The notes beneath the pieces are model-generated. The model did not search any database. It was not told the origin of the DNA and worked only from the letters and a program-made list of their open reading frames with translations. From Paramicrosporidium saccamoebae KSL3 (taxonomy: Eukaryota > Fungi > Cryptomycota), in assembly GCA_002794465.1 (NCBI GenBank), contig MTSL01000025.1, positions 1 through 16,754 on the forward strand: 16,754 nt of DNA, written 5' to 3'. The position numbers were made by a program, and so were the translations under genes. This document shows positions 1 to 8,900 of the stretch, in pieces (positions within the stretch are counted from its first letter, which is position 1; the number at the start of each line of letters is the position of its first letter).

Positions 1-708
1 ATGGCCCGACGAACAGCAATAATGCTGCCATCTTCCTGAAGCCAGACAGGTCTTGGCGGTCCATGGCACTCATGCACTCGGCCCTAAAGTCCCCAAAGCC
101 GAGCGTTTGGCGCTTCGCCAATCGGGTGGTAAACACCTGTCGTAATATGGGGAGTGGCAGTTGGGGGATTAGGGCGTCCTTGTCACCCATATATTTGTTT
201 AGCCCAATCTACAAACATAAGTATTGGTGGACCATGGCAAACCGCTAGGGCCTCTTCAAACGTCGTCATCTCGTCCCAAACTGTGCCGTTGGGGCACAGC
301 TGGGACAAGTGCTTGCAGGATCTCTCTCGCTGATGGCGTTCGTGCCAATGGCGCCCGGCCAGGAGTGCGATTGTGGTACAAACCAACAATCCCCCCACAA
401 CATAGGACCAAATGGCCGCGTCGGCTGCGGCCACTGGCCCTCCAAACAGGATTACAAGACAGAGGATGAACTGAACCGTGGTCAACCATCTCTGGCTTCC
501 CAACAGCTCCTTTAGGCCAGTTAGGCAAACGATCAGTCCGGCGGCAATTGCACATATGATAGCAAAGACAGTTGCAGTAGTCTCCATCGTGTTGATGCTG
601 GCACTGTCCGAGGAGCAAACTGTTTATAAACAATCCTTCCATACGAAGAATAGCTGTCATCATGGTAGCCACCATGTGCGTCAGATTGGGAAGAGCAAGA
701 GAGCCCAT
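1..708 (-). CDS. Hypothetical multi-pass membrane protein (3' end runs off window; 5' end unresolved, may extend to ATG 877)
   Basis: ORF 183..587 has about 3 hydrophobic helices (TVFAIICAIAAGLIVCL, TTVQFILCLVILFGG, IWSYVVGGLLVCTTIALL). A 34-nt GT-AG intron (209-242) joins it to a stop-free frame running to position 1 (IGLNKYMGDKDALIPQLPLPILRQVF...). A 25-nt intron (620-644) joins it to MGSLALPN... at 708. An alternative acceptor and a GTAAGT donor at 864 (ATG 877) allow a longer 5' model. No family recognised. Confidence 0.5.
209..242 (-). other. Spliceosomal intron, 34 nt
   Basis: GTTTGC...TTTGTAG, phase 0; removal opens the frame to position 1. Confidence 0.6.
620..644 (-). other. Spliceosomal intron, 25 nt (alternative 41-nt acceptor possible)
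   Basis: GTATGG...TATAAACAG; removes an in-frame TAA. Confidence 0.5.
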
Positions 709-897
709 TGGTTCTGCTTTTGCAATTTAATAATCTTGCAGTATACCTGTACAACATACCTGATCAAGCAGTTATTCTACATAAGAGTGCATCTGCCCAC
801 CAATTTCAAGTATTGCTGGTCACATACTGTGACAGTATGATTCACCAACCATGCCACTACTTACAGATTCTAAACATTGCCAACTCAATCGAGCTAT

Positions 898-2919
898 TTA
901 TTCATCGTCTGAAGAAAACGGCACCGCTTGGTCTTCCTCGTCACCCGAAATGTCCCAGTGCTCGTTGGAAGAGTTGCTGGAGGGCGGCATCACAGTAAAC
1001 TTGACCTCTTTGGTGATATCTGCACCAATCACAGAGTCCGACTTGATGACCAACAGGAGACTGACATTCATAGGCTTGGGCGGAGCGGGGAATTGCAGAG
1101 TAACCGTTTTGCGGTCAACGAGATCCAGGACTTTTACAGGCAAACAAACAAAATTGGTATTGTTCTTGTTCACCAGAGAAACCCACCAGAACGGACGCTT
1201 GGCATTCGGGAAGCGGGGAGAATAGACAGGTCGGGCCGTGGTCAGCGAGTCGGTAACCTTGCGTCCAGGATCATCCAAAAGATTGCCGTCCTCGTCAAAT
1301 TCAAAAGTCTGCACATCATCCTCGGGCTTTATGGAAACCTTTTCTTTACCCATAGCGTCAACCCCCTCCATTGTGCTGATTCGAGGATACTCAAGCGAAA
1401 GACGAACCTGGCAGGTAATGAGACCGCCTGGGATAATGCTTTCTTGTCCAAGCACTTTGAATGTGACGGCATCAATTTGTGTCATGGGGAATGTCTGAGC
1501 AATCGAAAGAACTTGGGCATACTCTTTGTCATCCAAACTGCGGAGCAAACTACGTCGATCGCTTTCATTCATGTCGAGCAGGTCGGCAATAGATTTGATG
1601 GCTCGGCGTCCCGCCAGACAATGTCTGGAAATGTCGTGATTAATAAAGGGCAGTTGGAGTAGGGGCGAATGGCCCTCCCACATCCCATGGACAATATACT
1701 GGGACAGTGCCATGCAGCTAAGAGCCGGATGCAGCCATTGACGAGCCAAGGCAATTTGCAGAATGCCCTGCACAAGCTTGCCAGCCTTGCTGACAATAAA
1801 CGCCTGATCTTGTTTCAGTTCGCTATTGACAATCTCAATGCGATGAAAGTGTGCGTAAAGAAGAGCATAGGCCCTTACAGCAGCCGGACTGGTAACCTAC
1901 AAACAATGAGACAAACTGCGAGAATCAGTGCCTTCTTGGGCAGTTCAAAGTGATCTCCCAGGGGATCATTGTATTTGTCCAGAATGGCGAGCAATTGTTC
2001 CACGGCGGGGCCGGCATTCGATCTCTCTGGTATTTCGTCTACAAATTCGGTGGCATTGGCAAGCATCTCCAAAACCTTTTTCAGCGAGCTATTCTCCTTC
2101 AGGTCGCGGAAGAACATGGACATGCTGGAATGACAAAGTCCATCCTTGGTATAGTGCTTGGATTTGCTCCACCATTGCTTGACGAGAAGAGGAAGGCCAA
2201 TTCCAAAGGCAAGACAATATAGAGCGAGCACAATCATCCTGTTGCTCGAATTGACCAGCCATGAGGGAAGAGCCACACCGAGAGCAAAGGTCCTAATGCC
2301 ATCGGGGTTCCCATGTTCCTCCCAATTCTTACGCATCGTTTCGTCTGTCAATGATTTGTAAGCTTTGGATATTTCAACAAACTGTGCCTCGGCCTTTTCT
2401 CGGTTCTCGGGCGCGGCTTTGTCCGGATGGTGGACACGACTCAGCTTCTTAAAGGCGCTCTTGATGACCTCTTCGGAGGAGCCCGAGGGAACTTTGAGAA
2501 TTTCAAATGGATCATAAGGCTTAAAGTTAATCTTGGCCTGCCACGCCGACAGCAGTGCCCATAGAAAGACAATCCACAGGGCAATCATCAGGGCAAGTCT
2601 AGAATACTTAGCACAAGAGGGACGCTGTACTTTGGCAGTTTCACTGCATTCTTGGCAGCATCAAGTTTCAGCATCAGTTTACGCTTTTCAATAGACTCGG
2701 GTGCATCGCAGGTGGGCTCCTTGTCATTCTCGTCCACTAATCGGTCAGACGGCACCTGCAGCGAATACTACCTGTTTTGGGCCACAGGAGACGGAATGTC
2801 GCAGGAATGACATAAATACCCACCAATGTGAGGATGAAAAAGTAAAAGGCTACTCCTTCCTCATCAAAAGCATAGGTGGTCTAGGAAGAAATTAGGACTC
2901 CAGACGCGCAAATTACCAT
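898..2919 (-). CDS. SEC63: ER translocon J-domain protein Sec63; exons 2919-2917, 2880-2772, 2736-2631, 2598-(1932 or 1917), 1896-898
   Basis: Spliced N-terminus MTTYAFDEEGVAFYFFILTLVG matches the Sec63 start. J-domain YDPFEIL...HHPDK...KAYKSLTD...NWEEHGNPDG is followed by GVALP and TM3, then a Sec63/Brl domain (AYALLYAHFHR, QWL..ALSCMALSQYIVHGMW, LLQLPF, YSPRFP...WWV) and an acidic tail (WDISGDEED...SDDE). Confidence 0.95.
1897..1931 (-). other. SEC63 intron 4: 35-nt GC-AG (1897-1931) or 20-nt GT-AG (1897-1916)
   Basis: The frame change between SEC63 ORFs requires an intron. Acceptor TTTGTAG at 1897 gives VTSPAAVRAYALLYAH. Confidence 0.7.
2599..2630 (-). other. SEC63 intron 3, 32 nt
   Basis: GTACAG...GCTAAG..TTCTAG; restores frame. 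Confidence 0.85.
2737..2771 (-). other. SEC63 intron 2, 35 nt
   Basis: GTAGTA...CTGAC..ATTAG; restores frame. Confidence 0.85.
2881..2916 (-). other. SEC63 intron 1, 36 nt, directly after ATG
   Basis: ATG|GTAATT...CCTAAT..CCTAG; contains an in-frame TAG. Confidence 0.85.
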
Positions 2920-2983
2920 CGTGACGCCTGATTGGCCACCGAACCGGGGATCTCTTATATACATTACCATACTCACAGTGTGT
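2920..2983. promoter_or_regulatory. Putative 64-bp bidirectional promoter SEC63/MFS
   Basis: Divergent ATGs at 2919 (-) and 2984 (+). Contains CCAAT (minus, 2931-2935) and a TATATA-like stretch near 2956-2961. Confidence 0.5.
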
Positions 2984-4243
2984 ATGCAGGCGGTTTGGGA
3001 CTTTTGTGACCGCCATCTAGTCTATCCAAAGCTATTGTATTTTGTCCTAAATGCACTATGCTACTCTGCCTACACCCTGACGCCATTGTACTTTGAGCAG
3101 GTCTGGAACATTGACGGCTCAACCTACGGGTTCATCATCAGCTTGTGCGCCCTGAGCTTTTCTGGATCATTGATTTGGACAATGTTAGCAGACCGGACGG
3201 GAGCGCACAAAAAAATCTTGCTATTCACGACCGTTGCGTATGCCTGCACATTTTGTATTTTTCGAACAAACATGGCAGTATCCTGGCCCGATAAGAGTCG
3301 CATCTTTTTCGTTGCCTCTTGCTATCTGCTCTCCAACTTTTTCACCAGTGCATTCTTTCCTCTTTTAGATAATCGCGTATTTGTCATCCTGTCAAAGGAC
3401 CCAAGATTCTCCAAGGAACTATTTGGGCGACAGAGGCTCTTTGGGACTCTGGGACAGTCGCTGATTCAGCTGGCCACGGGAAAGGCGTTCCGCTCTATCG
3501 GATTCGATGCCATGTTCTTGTATCTGATAGCGAGTGCTGTAGTGTTTATACTTCTTATCCAATTTGGAATACCCAATGAAGCTAGCCCGAGCCCCTTGAA
3601 AGACGATAAAAAGGGCTCCCTTTTGGCTGGATCTCGGAAGCTCCTCTGGACGTTTGATTTCCCCTTTTTTCTGCTGATCCTGCTGATAGCTAGCACCACC
3701 AGGGGAGTCGCTGGTAACTTTCTTCCGCAATATTACTCCACAGTGATGAAGCTGTCCCCGTGGGAACTGTCGTTGATGATGCAGACGAGACTGTTCACTG
3801 AACTTGCAACATTCTTCTTCAGCAAGCAAATCATCCAATGCATTGGCGTGGGCTGGATGCTATTTATAGCACAATTTTCAGGCTTTTTACGGGTCTTTGC
3901 CTACAGTGTGATTCCGCCCACGTATCCTTGGACGCGAGCACCTCTTCTCATTGAACTCTTGAAAGGAGTGAACAATGCATGCTTGACATCAGCAGGGATA
4001 CAATACATTCACGATTCTGCGCCTGTCGGGACCGAGGCTACTGCACAAGGCTTCTATTCGGGAGTTCACAGCTATCTAGCAAATGCAACCGCCGGTCTTT
4101 TCAGCGGATGGGTCCTTTTTGCTCACAAGGAAGACCCTAATGCATATTACGCTTTATTTAGTTATACGGCGCTCCTGGCTGCAACGGGAATCATCTTTTA
4201 TAGTGTACATAGGGTATATAAGGTGCATCGAGTGCTTAGTTAG
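2984..4243 (+). CDS. Major facilitator superfamily transporter (MFS_1-like / MFSD6-like), 419 aa, intronless
   Basis: Roughly 12 hydrophobic segments in two halves, plus FGRQRLFGTLG and LIELLKG...AQGFYSG motifs typical of MFS_1-like proteins. I prefer ATG 2984 over the GTG at 2921, which abuts the SEC63 start. Confidence 0.85.
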   Translation: MQAVWDFCDRHLVYPKLLYFVLNALCYSAYTLTPLYFEQVWNIDGSTYGFIISLCALSFSGSLIWTMLADRTGAHKKILLFTTVAYACTFCIFRTNMAVSWPDKSRIFFVASCYLLSNFFTSAFFPLLDNRVFVILSKDPRFSKELFGRQRLFGTLGQSLIQLATGKAFRSIGFDAMFLYLIASAVVFILLIQFGIPNEASPSPLKDDKKGSLLAGSRKLLWTFDFPFFLLILLIASTTRGVAGNFLPQYYSTVMKLSPWELSLMMQTRLFTELATFFFSKQIIQCIGVGWMLFIAQFSGFLRVFAYSVIPPTYPWTRAPLLIELLKGVNNACLTSAGIQYIHDSAPVGTEATAQGFYSGVHSYLANATAGLFSGWVLFAHKEDPNAYYALFSYTALLAATGIIFYSVHRVYKVHRVLS

Positions 4244-4422
4244 GCCAACATGCGAGATTAAAGTAAATCAGAACTTTAGCTATTAATCCGTTATCAAAAA
4301 AGAACCAGTCAATTTCTACTCTTTAGGATCCTCTATCCGTATTGACCACGCATGCTAACCCTACGTATTATCTGCTTACAATCTCTTACCCCTCCCCTCA
4401 CACGCTGCACACACTGTGTTTA

Positions 4423-5237
4423 TTAGACTAATAGAACTGCATTAATGCATCCATCGTTTTCAGGATTATTGGTGATTTGGGCATACTTTCCCCATACAAC
4501 CTTTCCTCCCGTTGTCACAAGACCCAACTCGCTTACATTTACCTCTAAAATCGTACCCTTGGTCAAAACTCCAAGCTGCGTATATAGTGGACTCTGTGGG
4601 TTCTTCTTCACGCCAATGATGGGCAGCTGGAAGGTAGTCTTCAGTTCAGGATGGGTCACGTTGGCCTTTTTCGCACGAAGGGCCATGGGACGGATAAACC
4701 TCTCATACTTTGGTGGTTTCCGGGTGAATCCTTCTCCAACAAAGGTCATCTTGGTGATCATGCGCTTCCAGGCCTTGCTCTGTTTCTTACCCGTTTTGAT
4801 GACCTTGAACACTTCGTCTTGGGCGATTCCCTTGACGGAAGGAAGAGGAACTGTCCACTTTCCAGCCTTCTCCTTTCGCTTTTGCTTAATCATGTTGCTC
4901 AGCACCTTGCTGCGGTTCTGTTCCTCACGATCGAGCAGATAGGCGGGCAGTGGTCCTTCCGGAGTCTTTCCAGTCTTTTGCTTCACATCCTTCTCCTCGT
5001 GCATCTTGATAGTCTTCTGCATCTGTATCTTTTCGCTGTGTCGTTTCTTATTATACAGCTTGGCCTTGATACCTCTCAGCTTCTGGGCCTTGGCGGCGTT
5101 TTCGTGGACAGCACGGGCCTCCTTCTTGCGCTTCCTCTCGTGATAGTCTAATCTCCGTCCTTCCTTCTTTATAGCGGCCTCGATGTACTCATTCTGGGGC
5201 TATACAAGCGTCAAAGAATATAGACAAGTTTTACCAT
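4423..5237 (-). CDS. NSA2: 60S ribosome biogenesis factor Nsa2, 259 aa; exons 5237-5235, 5199-4423
   Basis: Spliced start MPQNEYIE...[16 protein letters not shown]; conserved [28 protein letters not shown] and C-terminal [15 protein letters not shown]. Confidence 0.97.
5200..5234 (-). other. NSA2 intron, 35 nt, directly after ATG
   Basis: ATG|GTAAAA...TTGAC..TATAG|CCC CAG AAT gives the conserved MPQNE. Confidence 0.95.
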
Positions 5238-5320
5238 CTGGGAATCTCCTCGCCGGTATCCCCGGCCAAACCTTGTGGGTGGGTTGTGTTAGGTCACCGG
5301 ACTATAGAAATGTGTATCAT

Positions 5321-5440
5321 GATGCATTAAGATGCATTACGATGTAACAAATCTTCTAAAATCTCTCTCAATACAACCTTCAAGGTCTCAACTAATAAGA
5401 TCCTCAAAATGTCTCTATTAATACTATCCTCAATATCTCT
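5321..5440. repeat. Degenerate intergenic tandem repeats (10-bp x 3 at 5321-5350; about 24-bp x 4 at 5343-5440)
   Basis: GATGCATTAA/GATGCATTAC/GATGTAACAA. Minus-strand units AGAGATATTGAGGATAGTATTAAT / AGAGACATTTTGAGGATCTTATTAGT / TGAGACCTTGAAGGTTGTATTG / AGAGAGATTTTAGAAGATTTGTTACA. Confidence 0.55.
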
Positions 5441-5495
5441 TCCAAGGCCAATCGACCCCTCACGCCCAAGGCCAACTTTTAACAGGTGCATAGTA

Positions 5496-5501
5496 TTTAT
5501 T
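5496..5501 (-). terminator. Putative polyadenylation signal AATAAA of RPL42
   Basis: Lies 14 nt downstream of the stop at 5515. Confidence 0.55.
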
Positions 5502-5514
5502 AGGTTCTGGGAAT

Positions 5515-5900
5515 TTAGAAGGAAACACCTCCCTTGGTCTTCTTATCACCTCCGAGTTCAAACTGCTTGCATCTCTTGAGCACTTGCTGGTGCTTAATCT
5601 TGCAGACGCTGCATTCCAGACGGAGGACAATCTTCTTGGTAGTCTTGGCCTTCTTGTGGAAAATGGGCTTTGTCTGACCACCATATCCAGACTGCTTACG
5701 ATCGTAGCGGCGCTTTCCTAATAATAAGAGTCAACAACATACAAGTACCCTGCTTGACGAGGCTAGCTTTGCCGGCCTTGTATTGGGCCACCTTGTGCTG
5801 GGTGTGCTTCTTGCACTTGCCAGTGCAGAGCGTGCGGCGAGTCTTGGGGATATTAACCTATGAATTAGTATGGATGGATGAGGGCCAAAGGACATACCAT
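5515..5900 (-). CDS. RPL42: 60S ribosomal protein eL42 (L42/L44/L36a), 104 aa; exons 5900-5898, 5857-5749, 5717-5515
   Basis: Spliced protein [104 protein letters not shown]. Confidence 0.97.
5718..5748 (-). other. RPL42 intron 2, 31 nt
   Basis: GTACTT...TTGAC..ATTAG; restores QGKRRY. Confidence 0.95.
5858..5897 (-). other. RPL42 intron 1, 40 nt, directly after ATG
   Basis: ATG|GTATGT...TACTAAT..CATAG|GTT AAT gives MVN. Confidence 0.95.
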
Positions 5901-5992
5901 CTAGACTAGACAATGGACAGCCGTACCGGGGTCGGCGGGGTAGTGAGATGGAATGTCAACTCGACTTTATTGGATAACTGTCCGTGAGGTTC

Positions 5993-8900
5993 TTACTGTA
6001 AACTACGGAGATTTTTGATATACTCCCAGAATGCCTTTTGGGGACTTGCGCCGTGGCTAACAGGCAGTATTATTTCAGACCCTAGCGAGTCGGTGGGGAG
6101 TGTGGTTTCCGATCCTAGCGAGCTGGCGGGGATGATGGTTTTAAATCCTCGAGAGTTGATGGGGAGTGCGGTTTTGGCCCCTCGAGAGTTGAGGGAGGGC
6201 GTGGCTTTAGGTCCCCGCGGATTGGTGGTAATTATGGTTTCAGGTCCTCGCGAGCGGGCGGGGAACATGGTGTCGGATCCTAGCGAGCTGCTGTGCTCAC
6301 GATTTGGAGATAGTCGATACGACCCAATCCAATTTGCGACATGCTTATAATCTTGATGCTTTATAGGCTTCTCCGTCACTGGTTTTGAGATTCTTCTCTT
6401 CTTGACACCCCCCTTGCAGCATTGATGTCGACATTTCATCTTGTCTTTGCAGTGATGGCGACATTGCATGGTCGGAACACTTTGCACTTGGATAATTTGG
6501 ACTGGACTTGCACTCTTCATGGAAGCAAGTGCAGTTTGTGGCTCATTGTGAACTGTCCCCAAAGGCCCACCTACCTCCAAAGGTTCACATAATTCCAAAG
6601 GCCTACCTATTTCCAAAGGTTCACATAGTTCCAAAGGTTCACATGGTTCACTGCGATCTACTATTATCGGAGGCGCTTTGCATGTGGCTTCTTGCTTGAT
6701 TATCCTATGCGTGTTCAATCCAGCTAATAATCAATGCATTCAAGAGGACTGTACCATAAGTGCTACATATCCAAGATATTGTGACTTCTTGCTCTTCGCC
6801 AAAGTCATCCACCAATATGCTTTTTTTCAGTAAGGAAGAGCCATATCCAACTTTGTGGAAAAGTACGCTGTACTCTTTGCTTTTCAGGATGACGAGCAAG
6901 TGGAAAGCATGTCTTTTCAAATTTGTAGTGCTCCTCGCTTCGACGTTCAAGTGCAAATGTCCATCCGCTATGGTATATTCCGAATCCAAAGTCAGTCGAG
7001 GGATATCGCGACAGGCTTCAACAATCTGATGTCCAAATGGCGGGTTCCGGTGAACAGCCATCTCAATAGCACTAGGCTCGGCTGCACAAACTTGGGACAC
7101 ATTGCCAAGCCCAACCTTGGTTAGTGAGGCCGCATAGGATGGACCGATTCCAGAAATTTGACAAAGTGGGCCAGTTCCCTCATGCCATGTCTCGCCGTTA
7201 ATGGCCCCCTCTAGTTCAAGGGCATTACGTAGTGACACGGTCGCTTTCATGTTGACGAGTAGCTCGGCGAGACATCGGATCAGCCGACGCGCCTTTGTCA
7301 AAATCAACTTGGAGTCCTGACTAAATGCAAACGTAGTCTTAATCTCGTCGTTCTTGGAGAGAACAATCTGGATGGCAATGTATGCTTTCTGCCAATGCTC
7401 AGTAATCTTTCCTTTCAACTTGAAGCGGATAGATGGCATGGCTGCAACTCGATTGAGAAGCCCTTTGTCCCTACTTTGCAACCTGTAGTCTTCTGGATCA
7501 AACGCCATGCAGATTTGTTGCAAAAGCACCTCGTGGGTAGCCATCGCCGGTGTCTCCAACAAAGCTGCCATAGAGTGGGTGGAAAGACAAAATCTCAATA
7601 GCCTGTTTGTCCTTTTGGCCAGTCTCCATGACAATCCATCCTCTTCAAGGATCCCCACCCTTATGAGCCGTCTCACGCTTGCTTCAAGCAAGTCTAAACA
7701 GTTTAGTCAAATATAATCCTCTACCTCGTATATAATGCTCTGGATCATCTTTAGGTGGAATTCCATAATTTGAGCCACACTGCGATATTCTCGTTTTAAA
7801 AAAGGTACTGTCGAGCCATCGTTTTGCTGTTGGGAGGTCACTAATTGTACCCACCCCAACCTCCACTGCCAATGCATCAGTAATTCGCTCAAAAAGCCTA
7901 GGTCCATGTTATCCACCCCTCCCCTCTGAATACCTGCTCTCAATAGTCGCCGAGGCCGATGTTTCTTGGTAATAGTCCTTTTTCTCTTGGGTAGTCAGGA
8001 TCACGGCCACTCCAAACTGGTCAAACTGAGGTCTGCCCGCCCGCCCAATCATTTGTTGAATATCCATCACGTCGTACTCTTCATAGCCACGATTAGTGTA
8101 CTGTTTCGTTCCTTTGATGATGACAAGATGTGCAGGCATGTTTACACCAACTGCCAAGGTGCTGGTTGCACAGAGAACCTTGATTCTTCCGTTAATAAAC
8201 ATGTACTCTACAGTGCGACGATCTTCAAAAGGAATTCCAGCGTTATGAAATGCAACCCCTCGACTGGTCAGCATGCCAAGTTTGGGGGTTGTAAAAGCCG
8301 AATTGGTGGGCTGAGGCGGGTAATCTGCAGACCTGGACAAGTAGTCGGCGGTACTCTCGGCGGATCTTCGCGTAGAGCAGAATATCAAAGTGGGGAGGTT
8401 GCTAGAGTGTTTCTTGATAATCCAGGAAAGCTGAGAATTAAGACTGTTTTCAAATTGAAACGGGTTCATTCCCGAAGAGGGGAATCCGAGTACATGGCGA
8501 TGAAGGGGAACAGACCGACTAGAATCGCCAATCCTCACCAGCTGTGCATCAGATAGCCATTTGCAAAAGTCGTTGGGATTCCCCACAGATGCCGACACGG
8601 CCACCAGTCGAGCTACTGGATTAAGGAGCTTGACTCTGCTGACTACAATCTCAACGACGGCCCCTCTTGAGTCGCCCACTGAATGGACTTCGTCAACCAT
8701 CAACAATCGGACCATTGAAATTGTCGCAGATTCTCTGATTCTTGTCAAAGCGTCAAATTTTTCGGGTGTGCATACTAGCAGACCCACAGAGTCAAGGTCC
8801 AATCCGTCTTCTGAATCTCCAGTCGCTATTGCTATCTTGACAAATTTTGATAATCGGCCCTTCCAATCTTGATACCGTTCATTGCAGAGAGCTTTGGTTG

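Noticed and set aside
928-1662. Long antisense ORFs (also 3419..3838, 4445..4942, 4651..5151, 7966..8556, 12275..12685, 15118..15471)
   Set aside because: They are shadows of well-supported genes on the opposite strand, with no recognisable domains.
2921-2983. GTG start for the MFS ORF
   Set aside because: It abuts the SEC63 ATG and overlaps promoter-like elements; ATG 2984 suffices.
6015-6350. Plus ORF with DPSE/PRE repeats
   Set aside because: Antisense reading of the in-frame 33-bp MER3 repeat; repeats of 3n length readily stay open on both strands.
6063-6648. Tandem arrays as a CRISPR array
   Set aside because: Contiguous units without unique spacers, in-frame in a eukaryotic CDS, and no cas genes.
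898-7691. Functional link between two Sec63-domain genes (SEC63 and MER3)
   Set aside because: The shared domain is ancient, the proteins have unrelated roles, and there is no DNA-level similarity; likely coincidence.
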